A DNA stretch of 23,565 nt from Octopus sinensis (lineage: Eukaryota), in the NCBI RefSeq assembly GCF_006345805.1, contig NW_021836584.1:1-23565 (forward strand). The letters are read 5' to 3'. The position numbers and the translations under genes are program-made. This document shows positions 9,311 through 21,213 of the stretch, piece after piece. The number at the start of each line of letters is the position of its first letter. Within the stretch, counting starts at the first letter, position 1. The notes under the pieces are model-generated. The model saw nothing but the letters and a program-made list of their open reading frames with translations. It had not been told where the DNA came from and ran no database searches.

Positions 9311-9720
9311 TTGTGTTTGTGTGTGTTTCTGTGTGTGTATTTGTGTGTGTTTGTGTGTGTTTGTGTTGTGTGTGTGTGTGTTGTTTGTGTGTGTGGTGTG
9401 TGTTTCTGTGTGTATTTGTGTGTGTTTGTGTTTTGTGTGGTGTGTGTGTGTGTGTGTTGGTTTGTGTTTGTGTGTGTTTCTGTGTGTGTATTTGTGTGTG
9501 TTTGTGTTTGTGTGTGTGTTTGTGTGTGTGTGTTTCTGTGTGTGTATTTGTGTGTGTGTGTTTGTGTTTGTGTGTGTGTGTATGTGTGTGTGTGTGTGTT
9601 TGTGTTTGTGTGTGTTTGTGCGTGTTTGTGTGTGTTGTGTGTGTGTTTGTGTGTGTTTTGTGTGTGTGTGTGTGCGTGTGTGTGTCTGTGTGTGTGTGTC
9701 TGTGTGATTGTGCGTGTGTG
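8591..9720. repeat. Complex (TG)n microsatellite, about 1.1 kb
   Basis: Nearly pure T/G with the recurring sub-unit gtttctgtgtgtgtatttgtgtgtg. It is the source of the spurious CVCV/THTH ORFs. Confidence 0.97.
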
Positions 9721-9768
9721 CATTAATATTTATATTTCTATATATTGTATATCATCTTTGTTTTGCAG

Positions 9769-9860
9769 CAATTCTTTGAACAGTTCGGTTATCTTCCGGA
9801 AAGATCCGGGTCAGATCGAACTCAAGCGGTATCTCCCGAAACCCTCGAGAAGGCAGTTAG
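9769..9860 (+). CDS. MMP coding exon 2 (pro-domain, PGBD-like)
   Basis: ttttgcag|QFFEQFGYLPERSGSDRTQAVSPETLEKAV|gtaatg. FGYL is the typical MMP pro-domain motif. Phase 0 to 2. Confidence 0.9.
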
Positions 9861-9896
9861 GTAATGTCTACATCTACATGTTTGAACAATAATATG

Positions 9897-10233
9897 AATC
9901 TTCTTATCTTCAATCTTCTATCTTCAATCTTTTATCTTCAATCTTTAATCTTCAATCTTTTATCTTCAATCTTTTATCTTCAATCTTATATCTTCAATCT
10001 TTTATCTTCAATCTTTTATCTTCAATCTTATATCTTCAATCTTTTATCTTCAATCTTTTATCTTCAATCTTATATCTTCAATCTTTTATCTTCAATCTTT
10101 TATCTTCAATCTTTTATCTTCAATCTTTAATCTTCAATCTTTTATCTTCAATCTTTTATCTTCAATCTTTTATCTTCAATCTTTAATCTTCAATCTTTTA
10201 TCTTCAATCTTTTATCTTCAATCTTATATCTTC
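9897..10233. repeat. 14 bp minisatellite (TCTTCAATCTTTTA)n, about 24 units
   Basis: Direct reading; variants tcttata and tctttaa recur, partly at every third unit. Confidence 0.95.
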
Positions 10234-10269
10234 TATTCTCAACCATTCGTCTTTTATGTAATTCTGTCA

Positions 10270-11030
10270 CTCACACTGTCGCAATCCTGGGGCAAATCGA
10301 TGACTACTCATTTTTCTTTCTTAAAGTCTGGTACTTATTCCGTTTCGTTTACATACTTTGCCAAACCGCTGTAGTACGGAGACATCAACAAACCAACACC
10401 GGCTGTCAGGTTGTGGTAGGGAACAAACACAAACACACACACACACACATGTTTGTATGTATGTAAATTTATACATATAAACACACATATACACACATAT
10501 ATCTATAAATATATACATACATATATATGCATATATAACGGGAAGCTTTATGAAAATAGACAAAAGACGAAGGCAGGTTTACAAATATATATATATATTT
10601 ACAAATATATATATATATACACACACACACACACTCATACATATGTATGCATGTATGTATGTGTGTGTATGTATTATGCATGTATGTATGTATGTATTAT
10701 GCATGTATGTATGTATGTATGTTTGTATGTATGTATGCATGCATGCATGTATGTATGTTTGTATGTATGTATGTATGTATGTATGCATGTATGTATGTAT
10801 GTATGCATGTATGTATGTATGTATGTATGTATGTATGCATGTATGTATGTATGTATGTATGTATGCATGTATGTATGTATAACGGACTTCCTCACAGTCT
10901 CTGACGACCAAATCACTCTCAAGACTTTGGTCAGTCCGGGGTTATAGTGAAAGGCACTTGACCAACGCCTGCGTAAGGGACTGAACTCAGAACTACTTAC
11001 TTTACAAGGCGAACTTCTTAAACCTACAAC
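10270..11030 (-). mobile_element. Decayed family B SINE split by an internal CA/TA/(TATG)n expansion
   Basis: The tail (10270-10440) and head (10880-11030) match the reverse-strand copy at 22171-22552. 10640-10880 is (TATG)n. Confidence 0.7.
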
Positions 11031-11127
11031 CAGAACCAATCAACCAATCGATTAATCAATCAATAATGTGAAATTAGCAATCACTAGAGTCTCGTCCCCA
11101 GCGTTTCTCGAGACATTGTTTTCTCGG

Positions 11128-11400
11128 GGCGCATAGGCGTGGCTGTGTGGTAAGCAATTTGCTTCCCAACAACAAGGTCGCGGGTTCAGTCCTACTGTGT
11201 GAGACACCTTGACCCCCACTACCGCTTGATCCCACCACCACCACTTGGCACCCACCAACGCTTGACAACCGGTGTGGGTATGTTTACATCCTCGCAACTT
11301 AGCGGTTCGGCGAAGGTACCAATAGAATATGTACCAGGCTTTAAAATAAATGTAGTGAGGTTCGATTCGTTTGACTAAAATTCTTCGAAGCAGCACCACC
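11128..11400 (+). mobile_element. Family B SINE with an internal deletion
   Basis: ggcgcataggcgtggctgtgtggtaag (A box)...gggttcagtcc (B box)...cgcttgacaaccgg...aacttagcggttcggc tail. Confidence 0.8.
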
Positions 11401-11409
11401 CCCAGGTAC

Positions 11410-11722
11410 CTGCATCACAATCATATACGCTTCACATGGTGATCTCATATCAAGATAAACAGGGCATGACCTTACAGGTGGAGGCCAGTTAGAATTTTTT
11501 TCAGATCGAGAGCCCATCCCGCTCAAAAGGTTCCTGAATAAGGTTTGTTTAAGGAACGAAACACCCAACTTTCCAGAGGTGATTCATTCAAACCCCAAAG
11601 AATCCCTCTCAAGACATGGCTATGATGCTCCCCGACTACTTCTATTCATGATCGGAGATGTACATATCGTCAGCTACTAAGGGACATGCTCAAGTGGTTA
11701 TGGTCAAGCAACTGACAAGCGA
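11410..11722 (-). mobile_element. Internal fragment of the ~530 bp non-coding repeat at 11937-12468
   Basis: Collinear with 12040-12335 (shared catggtgat..tatcaagataaacag and caaaccccaaagaatccctctcaa). Confidence 0.85.
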
Positions 11723-11770
11723 ATATGATTGTAAACCCAACGATCTAACCACTGAGCCACGCGCATTCAC

Positions 11771-11884
<114 letters not shown>

Positions 11885-11892
11885 CATTATTA

Positions 11893-11936
<44 letters not shown>

Positions 11937-12466
11937 GAGTGAGAGAGCAGTGCATGCCATCAAAGTGACACTGGTAAAATATACGAAGCCCAATATACCC
12001 CTCATGACTACCCGTCTGATAAGGGTACACTAGGCACATGCATCACAACCATATGTGCGCGACATGGTGATCTTATATCAAGATAAACAGCACATGACCT
12101 TGCAGGTGGGGCCCGAGTAGCCCATTCTGCTCAAACGATCAATGAATAAGGGTTGTTTAAGGATGTTGAAAGAACCACCCATGTTTCCAGAGGTGAATTA
12201 TTCAAACCCCAAAGAATCCCTCTCAACACATGGCTATGATGCTCCCCCACTACTTCTGCTCGTGATCAGAGATGCACATATCGTCAGCCACTAAGGGACA
12301 TGCTCAACTGGTTACGGCCAAACAACTGACAAGCAAATCTGTGGTATTGAGCAGAATATTTGCTGTAGCCCATCTTTTATACCAAGACAAAACAATGTAC
12401 ATGATAACACTTCCAATCAGTTAAGATCAGAAGCCATCAGAGCCTCTGCCTGGTACTGCATCAGGG

Positions 12467-12468
<2 letters not shown>
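11937..12468 (-). mobile_element. ~530 bp non-coding interspersed repeat inserted in (TAA)n
   Basis: Flanked on both sides by (ATT)n. The same terminus att|gagtgaga(g/c)agcagtgcatgcc recurs at 20500, again directly after (ATT)n. Orientation is inferred by analogy with the neighbouring R4/Dong fragment. Confidence 0.75.
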
Positions 12469-12556
<88 letters not shown>

Positions 12557-12557
12557 T

Positions 12558-12665
<108 letters not shown>

Positions 12666-12666
12666 T

Positions 12667-12713
<47 letters not shown>

Positions 12714-12735
12714 TATTATTATTATTATTATTATT

Positions 12736-13513
<778 letters not shown>

Positions 13514-13527
13514 CATCATCATCATCA

Positions 13528-13637
<110 letters not shown>

Positions 13638-13662
13638 TCATCATCATCACATCATCATCATA

Positions 13663-13715
<53 letters not shown>

Positions 13716-13761
13716 TATTATATTATTACTTATTGCAACCCTTTTTTTTTTCTCTTTGCAG

Positions 13762-13886
13762 TAAGTTCCAGGAATTTAATGGCCTGAAAGTTACCGGAAT
13801 TTTAGATGACATGACTAAAAAAAAGATGTTCGAGCCACGATGTGGTGTGAAAGACTTCTCTGGAGATGGAGCGGCTTTCAGAAAAA
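13762..13886 (+). CDS. MMP coding exon 3 (pro-domain with cysteine switch)
   Basis: tttgcag|KFQEFNGLKVTGILDDMTKKKMFEPRCGVKDFSGDGAAFRK|gtattt, with PRCGxxD. Phase 2 to 1; the donor is weak but phase-consistent. Confidence 0.93.
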
Positions 13887-14232
13887 GTATTTAATACTAC
13901 TTTCCTTCATTTTGCCTCGTTGTTCTGCCTCATTTTTTTTTTTGCTGTTTTTCTTTAGTTTTTGTTATTTAGATTTTGTTTTGCTTTGTTTTTGTTTTTT
14001 GCTGTTTTGTTTTGTTATAAGACTTAGAAAACCACAAGTCTGATTTTGACGGACAGAGGTCAGTTGTAAATCATAAGGGTATGACTTTAACCTGCATCCG
14101 GCAGTGGTGGCCCTGGTTCGGGCGTTCCAAGAATTTGAGGGGTGTGGAACCACTATTATTCCCAGACCTACTCTGAGCCGAAGTAGTGACACCTGTCAGG
14201 GCCCCAGCTCTCGGTTAAATGAAGACGGTTGT

Positions 14233-15053
14233 GCACATAGAAATAAACGGAGGGCTTCTTGGCAAGGCCTAGCACATAGAAATAAACGGAGGGCTTCTTG
14301 GCAAGGCCTAGCACATAGAAATAAACGGAGGGCTTCTTGGCAAGGCCTAGCACATAGAAATAAACGGAGGGCTTCTTGGCAAGGCCTAGCACATAGAAAT
14401 AAACGGAGGGCTTCTTGGCAAGGCCTAGCACATAGAAATAAACGGAGGGCTTCTTGGCAAGGCCTAGCACATAGAAATAAACGGAGGGCTTCTTGGCAAG
14501 GCCTAGCACATAGAAATAAACGGAGGGCTTCTTGGCAAGGCCTAGCACATAGAAATAAACGGAGGGCTTCTTGGCAAGGCCTAGCACATAGAAATAAACG
14601 GAGGGCTTCTTTGCAAGGCCTAGCACATAGAAATAAACGGAGGGCTTCTTGGCAAGCCTAGCACATAGAAATAAATGGAGGGCTTCTTGGCAAGGCCTAG
14701 CACATAGAAATAAACGGAGGGCTTCTTGGCAAGGCCTAGCACATAGAAATACGGAGGGCTTCTTGGCAAGGCCTAGCACATAGAAATAAACGGAGGGCTT
14801 CTTGGCAAGGCCTAGCACATAGAAATAAACGGAGGGCTTCTTTGCAAGGCCTAGCACATAGAAATAAACGGGGGGCTTCTTGGCAAGGCCTAGCACATAG
14901 AAATAAACGGAGGGCTTCTTGGCAAGGCCTAGCACATAGAAATAAACGGAGGGCTTCTTGGCAAGGCCTAGCACATAGAAATAAACGGAGGGCTTCTTGG
15001 CAAGGCCTAGCACATAGAAATAAACGGAGGGCTTCTTGGCAAGGCCTAGCACA
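14233..15053. repeat. 39 bp minisatellite, 21 near-identical copies
   Basis: Unit GCACATAGAAATAAACGGAGGGCTTCTTGGCAAGGCCTA. 14233-15048 is 21 x 39 minus 3 deleted bases, followed by a terminal GCACA. No spacers. Confidence 0.97.
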
Positions 15054-15240
15054 CGGTAACAACCTGAATCGGGGTCACACAGAAATCATAGGATGCAGCA
15101 TGGTGGATGTGAACTATTTCGCTGAATGAACTTCTGGAGTCAATGGTGAATGTCACTTGGTGCTGAGTGGATAAACAGTCAATAAACTGTCGACGGCCAG
15201 GATCAGTCAGCTCAGTTAGTGAACTGCTACTGTCACTTAA

Positions 15241-15741
15241 TGTCGTTACATACGCAGATGAGACATTCAGCTATCAAAAGACCAATATGACTTATTCAAC
15301 AACCTAGTCCACTGCTACCCACACCTCTTCCTTTCAATGACCATGATTCCTCTCAGTATTGCTACTTCTCTCCTTTCCCTCCTCACACCTTCTGTCCATA
15401 CTTGTCCTTTACAATGTTAGATAGCCCTAGACTTCCTTCACAACCCATCCCATTACACACACACCCATCCTGTCTTCTCACTACCTCTCATCCCTCTGCA
15501 TAGAATTACGGTTCATTTTCTTGTTCTCCAGTAATACAGTTATTTTATACCCTTAGCCTTGTAAGTTACGAAGTAATCATCCATAGTGCTGGTGCCACAA
15601 AGCACATAGTACACTAAAAAAAATGGCTGGCACTAGGAAGGGCAACCACATCAAATAAGATACTGGTGCATGACAGTGACCTCTGTGTCGTTACATACGC
15701 AGATGAGACATTCAGCTATCAAAAGACCAATATGACTTATT
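15241..15741. repeat. Identical 56 bp direct repeats (15241-15296, 15686-15741) flanking a 389 bp insert
   Basis: tgtcgttacatacgcagatgagacattcagctatcaaaagaccaatatgacttatt occurs twice without mismatch. Confidence 0.95.
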
Positions 15742-15974
15742 GGTCCGGGGAAAGTCATCAGACCAGGAGACATTGGGAGTAAGGGCAGTGGATAACGAAA
15801 ACGATAGAGTCGGAAACCAAATACCTTGAGGTGTTCTAACCGCTTTCTTCGACGTCTTCATATCAAATACTACCCAGACATGACTTTGTTTTCCGTCTGT
15901 CCAAATTCGATAAAGTAGCAGTAGATTACTGGAGTTGAATTTGAAGGCGAATGACTCATTTGTTACAACGTCAT

Positions 15975-16257
15975 AAGGTAGAGAGTTCGATTCCCGGACT
16001 GTTGTGTTCTTGAGCAAGACACTTTATTTCAGGTTGCTCCAGCTCACTCAGCTGTGGAAATGAGTTACGACGTCTTCGGTGACAAGCTGTATCGGTCCCT
16101 TTGCCTTTCCCTTGGACAACATCGGTAGCGTGGAGAGGAAAGGCTGATATGCATGGGCGACTGCTGGTCTTCCATAAACAACCTGGCCTGGATTTGTGCC
16201 TCGGAGGGTAACTTCTAGGAGTAATCTCATGGCCATTCATGACTGAAGGGGGTCTTT
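15975..16257 (+). mobile_element. tRNA-derived SINE (family C), 5'-clipped
   Basis: gagttcgattccc B box, then tgtgttcttgagcaagacactttatttca...cactcagctgtggaaatgag, a CORE/V-like central domain by recall. Confidence 0.7.
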
Positions 16258-16269
16258 ATTCTTCACCCA

Positions 16270-16409
16270 GTCCGACGAACGGGAACGTGAAACTCTGAGT
16301 AACAATTTTTGTGATATTTTTACTGCTTTTTCATAAGGCATATTACTCTACCACTGGTATTCAAATACTAATTTTCCACCTTGTTTCACATTTATGTGCT
16401 TACTCTGGT
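16270..16409 (+). mobile_element. PLE-like 3' tail starting with a degenerate minimal hammerhead and ending in (TA)n
   Basis: CCGACGA (16272-78), ACG-GGAA-CGT stem II, GAAA (16289-92), CTCTGAG, TA. Only 2 bp of stem I remain. 16320-16409 is homologous to the reverse complement of 4277-4367. Confidence 0.6.
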
Positions 16410-16433
16410 ATATATATGTGTGTGTGTGTGTGT

Positions 16434-16467
<34 letters not shown>

Positions 16468-16481
16468 CATGTGTGTATGTA

Positions 16482-17642
16482 CACAGACATGACAGAACTA
16501 GACACCCTTATAAAGATTAAAATTTATTTAAATCTGAAATTATACGTTCAAATTATGTATTAATTGTTATAATGTGAAGATTTAATATTTAGTAGACATT
16601 CCCTTTGCATTATTCAATGCAAGGACCCTATTAGGCATGTTACTGGTCAGAGGACGAATATTCTCTTGAGGGATTTCATGCCAGGTTTCATGAAGTAATC
16701 TCAAAAGATCTGGTTTTGAAGATGTTTTCTTGTTCTTTTTATGAAGTGTCCAGTCCATTATGCCCCAGAGGTGTTCCATAGGGTTCATATCTGGTGACTG
16801 GCTTGGCTAGGGAAGCTTTTTAATGCCATTCTCGTCCAACAAATCATGTCCTTTTAGCCATGTGACAAACAGCCCCATCTTCCATAAATAAAGAGTCTTC
16901 TTTAATCATTTCACCACTGGAGAAGATTGGAAAGACTCCTTTCTGCAATACGGACACATATTTATCTGAGTTTATGTTTTCCTCACACTCCACCAGCTTT
17001 GATCAACCATTGCTCCAAATTGCTCCCCAGGCAATTACAGAATAGCTGCCATGTTTCATTGTTGGCTGTGATCAAATTCTTGATCACAGAGTCTCTAGAC
17101 CTACACTCGACCACTGTCAGAAAATACAGCGAATCTGGACTCATCTGAGAATATGACAGTGTCCCAAAATGCTAGTGACCTCTCCACTATCTCACTTTTC
17201 TCTGCTTGATGCTGGCTGATCGAAGAAGTGGCTTCCTTCTTGCTGCTCTGCCATAGTAACCAAGTTTGTGGAGATACCTGTCAGCTGTTCTGGAACTGAC
17301 CTCAACTTGCTATGTCAGAGGTCTTGCAACGAGGATTATCCTCCATTCTTCTCCTAGCAAAGAGAAGGTCCAGTCAGAAGGCCCTAGCTGATCTGGGCAA
17401 GGTGATGTGGACTCTTTCCCCTTCCTGGTGAATTGTACAATCACACCATTAACTGTAGAAAGTGGGATCCCAAGGTTTTCGGCCCCTTTGAAACTCCGAC
17501 AGTTCCAAGGCTTCTTTTGTACCTGGCATGATTAAACAGTCACATATAGAACCTGAAACACAAAAATCTCAATTAATTCAAAATATAAACCTTTACAAGT
17601 TAGAATAAACATAAAACGAGGTTTTACTCTGTCATGTTTGTG
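16482..17642 (-). mobile_element. Decayed Tc1-family DNA transposon with both TIRs and TA target duplication
   Basis: TA|CACAGACATGACAGA ... TCTGTCATGTTTGTG|TA. Minus-strand remnants GRAARRKPLL, FWDTVIFSDESRF, FMEDGAVCH and SQSPDMNPMEHLW...NMPNRV....AKGMSTKY (DDE triad). Confidence 0.92.
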
Positions 17643-17741
17643 TATATACGTGGTTATTTGATTGGGGACTGCTGCTGTTGCTTATCAAGTTTATATAAAC
17701 ACATACAACCGTCTTTAAACTTATTTTGTTGTGCATTTCAG

Positions 17742-17823
17742 TTACAAAATGGAAGAAAAATGATTTGACATGGAGTGTGAGGGATTTCAGCAGAACAACA
17801 AGACTGACCCGTCTTCAACAACT
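17742..17823 (+). CDS. MMP coding exon 4 (start of catalytic domain)
   Basis: catttcag|(I)TKWKKNDLTWSVRDFSRTTRLTRLQQ|gtaagc, with the KW....LT(W/Y) motif. Phase 1 to 2. Confidence 0.92.
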
Positions 17824-18242
17824 GTAAGCAACACCTTATTTACTGTATGTGTGTGTGTTGCTGTTGTTATTGTTGTGGTGGTTATTGCTATTGTTGTTAT
17901 TGTTTCTATATTACAACCCCATCAAGATTGGTTGATTTGACTGGTACCAAATATTTTATAACACTTATTACAGTGACTAGATTTATCCTTCATGCTCTGA
18001 ATTCAATTCCCAACGGGTCATTCTTTGTGTTTAACCTTCTTTCAGCCGAGACTTGAACTCTGGTCTTCCTGTGATTTAAGACACTCCAAGCACTTTAATG
18101 GAATTAATTCTCTGAACAACCAACAGCTTTTTTTTTTTTGCTTTTTTCCCTCAAATAAGTACAATTAATCTTGTACCTAATCGAATGAAATCGAAATCTT
18201 TTAACATACACCACCGTCTATCAAGTTTTTTTTTTTTTACAG

Positions 18243-18379
18243 AAACGCGATCAGAAAGGCCTTAAATCATTGGTCAAGCGTCACCCAGTTAACTTTCCGA
18301 GAAGTCCCGCATGGAGGCGACATCGTAATCAGATTTGTTGCAGGAGACCACGGTGATGGAAATAGTTTTGATGGACCTG
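18243..18379 (+). CDS. MMP coding exon 5 (catalytic domain, structural Zn/Ca loop)
   Basis: ttttacag|NAIRKALNHWSSVTQLTFREVPHGGDIVIRFVAGDHGDGNSFDGPG|gtaagt. Phase 2 to 1. Confidence 0.96.
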
Positions 18380-18751
18380 GTAAGTTCCCAAGATTTCCTC
18401 ATCCATTCCGTCAAATCGTTGAAATTAGCAGCCAAATTTCACTCGAATCATAGTCCAACCACCTCACAGTCTTAAACAATGTAAAAAAATCACATCATGT
18501 AAAAAAATGCACACCCGGATATACTAGGCCTCAGAGGAAAAAAAAGGCATTGTCACGGTTGGAACGCAATTAGGCATTGATATGTAGCTACAATAACAAC
18601 AGCAAATATTGCTTCCACAAACCAACGAGAGAGGGTCTTTACAGACGATAGAGCTCCTAGAAGTAGCAGCTAAATCGCCCTCAAAACATACTATTGTCTG
18701 TCTATGTATGTATATATGTATGTATAAGATGACAATACACCAGAGCCGTTT

Positions 18752-18965
18752 TAGTGGCTTGGTGCGTAATTATTGCGGCTTTTTTTTTTAATAAATTTTA
18801 TTCAACAAAGACAATAATAATATTTAACAAAATCATCAAATGATTATTCACCATCACGGAGCATATTCACCATCTACTTCAATATCTACTTGGCGTTTTG
18901 TTTAAATTTTTTGTTGAATAAAATTTATTGAAAAAAAGCTACAATAATTATACACCAACCTAATA
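18752..18965. mobile_element. Mariner-derived MITE-like element with ~55 bp TIRs
   Basis: ttggtgcgtaattattgcggctttttt..aataaattttattcaacaaa pairs with tttgttgaataaaatttattgaaaaaaagctacaataattatacaccaacctaata. The TA-TTAGGTTGGTG terminus is mariner-like. Confidence 0.8.
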
Positions 18966-19134
18966 ATTCATGAGTACCCTGGGCGGTTCCCAGGGGGGTG
19001 GGACACATGGGTCTAGAGGCCCAATTCTAACCTATGTATGTTGTGGCTTGCTATCAATAAATCGATAATATAAGACCCAGTTCGTTGATTTTCCCAGGGG
19101 CGAACACTGCAGCTAAGGCGGCTCTGAAATACAC

Positions 19135-19352
19135 ACGCAGACATATATACATGTATGCGTCCTTCAGTTTGTCTCTCGCCATTTGACAACCGTTTCCAGT
19201 TAACTTAGCAATTCGACAAAAAGAAACCGATCGAACAAGTAATGAAGTTTAAAAAGCATAAGTAGTGAGGTCAATTGGATTGAGTAAACCCCTTTCAAGA
19301 GTACACCCCAGCATAGCTGCAGTCCGGTGACTAAAGTAAGCAAAAGAATAAA
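19135..19352 (+). mobile_element. Decayed family B SINE tail
   Basis: cgccatttgacaaccg...taacttagcaattcgacaaaaagaaaccgat...ccagcatagctgcagtc...gactaaagtaag matches the family B tail. Confidence 0.65.
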
Positions 19353-19652
19353 AGGATACAAATTTGTCTGAGCCATAGGTCGCGAGTTCGAAACCAGCAG
19401 AGCTTCTGATAACAGTAGCGCAACAAGAGATCTCAACGTACAGACGTGGTGGCGGAGAGGGGGGGAAGAGTTAGGAGGAAAAAGGGACAACTGAATCGGA
19501 ACACCCCCACCCTGTTAAATAACATACGTAATGAGCAAGTGGAAATTTAACAACCGCTCACCAAGTGAGTTGTGGCGAGGAGTCGAACCTTGCCGCTCTC
19601 TTTTTTGGGGCCTCTTATCGTTTGTCGTTTCAGTCCACAGACATTTTGTGTA

Positions 19653-20159
19653 CGAAGGTGTGCTGAGAAGTTCCTGGCTTTGAATAAAAGGAAACACAGT
19701 AAGATCAGTTAATTAGGATTTTATTCAACACTAGCAGTATCGCCCGGCGTTGTTCGAGTTTGTAAGCATTTTTAGAGAGTTACTTCCCTTATATAACCCG
19801 AGCAAAAATCATTAAAAATGCGGAAAAATCATGGTAATTTTTTTTTTAAATCGTAGACTCATCGTAGACGCGCGCTAACACCCAGAAGGACTCGATATGA
19901 ATCACGACTATAAGATACCCGCTTTTGGTTAAACTGCACAGCAAAATGTGGGAGTAGTTAGGAATCTAAATCAGAGGAGACAGAGTCTCACACACAACTT
20001 CAATTTTATATATAAAGATATTCCCCTTCTCAGATTCACACACTTATTGCAGCAGTCCTTTAGTTTTTTCTAACCCCTGTCAAAGGACTTGGAAGGTTGA
20101 GCCTCCAACTAGGCCTTTCGTGACACTTTTAAAGCCAGGAATTTTTCAGCACACCCTTG
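19653..20159. mobile_element. Non-autonomous mariner-like element (TIRs, TA TSD) interrupted by a Helitron
   Basis: TA|CGAAGGTGTGCTGAGAAGTTCCTGGCTTT ... AAAGCCAGGAATTTTTCAGCACACCCTTG|TA. Confidence 0.85.
19731..20018 (-). mobile_element. Complete 288 bp non-autonomous Helitron
   Basis: The minus strand begins TC and ends CTAG with a (mutated) subterminal hairpin. It is inserted between A and T with no TSD; removal restores ttcaaca|tattcccc. Confidence 0.88.
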
Positions 20160-20212
20160 TAATGGCAAAAATATGTAGAAACGCGTCACGTGTCTAATCT
20201 CTTTATTTTTAG

Positions 20213-20458
20213 GTAGCGTTCTTGCGCATGCGTTCTTTCCAAGTAATGGTGACACCCATTTCGATGACTCAGAAAAATGGACTTTAAAAACAAACGATGG
20301 CATCGATTTGGAAATCGTCGCTGCTCACGAATTTGGACATGCCCTCGGTTTGGCACATTCTCAGGTGTCTTCGGCTCTGATGGCCCCTTATTATAAGGGA
20401 TATATTCCCGACTTCAAGCTAGACAATGATGACATCAGAGGAATCCAAAGTTTGTACG
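20213..20458 (+). CDS. MMP coding exon 6 (active site)
   Basis: tttttag|[83 protein letters not shown]|gtaaga, with HExxHxxGxxH and the Met-turn. Phase 1 to 1. Confidence 0.98.
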
Positions 20459-20463
20459 GTAAG

Positions 20464-20499
<36 letters not shown>

Positions 20500-20587
20500 G
20501 AGTGAGACAGCAGTGCATGCCATCAAAGTGACACTGGGGTAAAATATACGAAGCCCAGTATACCCATCATGACTACCCGTCTGATTA

Positions 20588-20646
<59 letters not shown>

Positions 20647-20687
20647 TTATTATTATTATGATTATTATTATCATTATCATTATTATT

Positions 20688-20731
<44 letters not shown>

Positions 20732-20734
20732 TAC

Positions 20735-20765
<31 letters not shown>

Positions 20766-20870
20766 ATACTATTATTATTATTATTATTATTATTATTTAT
20801 TATTAATATTATATTATTATTTATTATTATTATTATTATTAAATATTTTTATTATTATTATTATATTACT

Positions 20871-20921
<51 letters not shown>

Positions 20922-21042
20922 TTTTTTTTATTATTATTAATATTTTTATTATTTTTATTTTTATTTTTATTATTATTATTTTAATTATTATTATTTTTAT
21001 TTTATTGTTATTATTATTATTATTTTTATTTTTATTTTTATA

Positions 21043-21096
<54 letters not shown>
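20464..21096. repeat. (ATT)n-derived tract filling MMP intron 6, containing an 86 bp piece (20500-20585) of the TAA-associated repeat
   Basis: Direct reading; 20500-20585 matches 11937-12020. Confidence 0.95.
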
Positions 21097-21097
<1 letters not shown>

Positions 21098-21099
21098 AG

Positions 21100-21213
21100 G
21101 CGTTAGAAGACGTGTGACTAGACCTACTACACGACCGACAACAACCCGCCACCGAGAATATGGCACTGGATATTGTAGATATCGATACAATAAAATAAGT
21201 GCTCTTGTCAGAG
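21100..21213 (+). CDS. MMP coding exon 7 (Thr/Pro/Arg hinge and first hemopexin Cys)
   Basis: attacag|VRRRVTRPTTRPTTTRHREYGTGYCRYRYNKISALVR|gtaagg. Phase 1 to 1. Confidence 0.88.

Noticed and set aside
8587-9892. Long Cys/Val and Thr/His ORFs, and similar YI/CV/MYVC ORFs elsewhere
   Set aside because: Stop-free translations of dinucleotide and tetranucleotide microsatellites.
14233-15053. CRISPR-like array, or repeat proteins from ORFs 14104-14661 and 14168-15052
   Set aside because: Units are contiguous with no unique spacers, the context is a eukaryotic intron, and indels break the frame.
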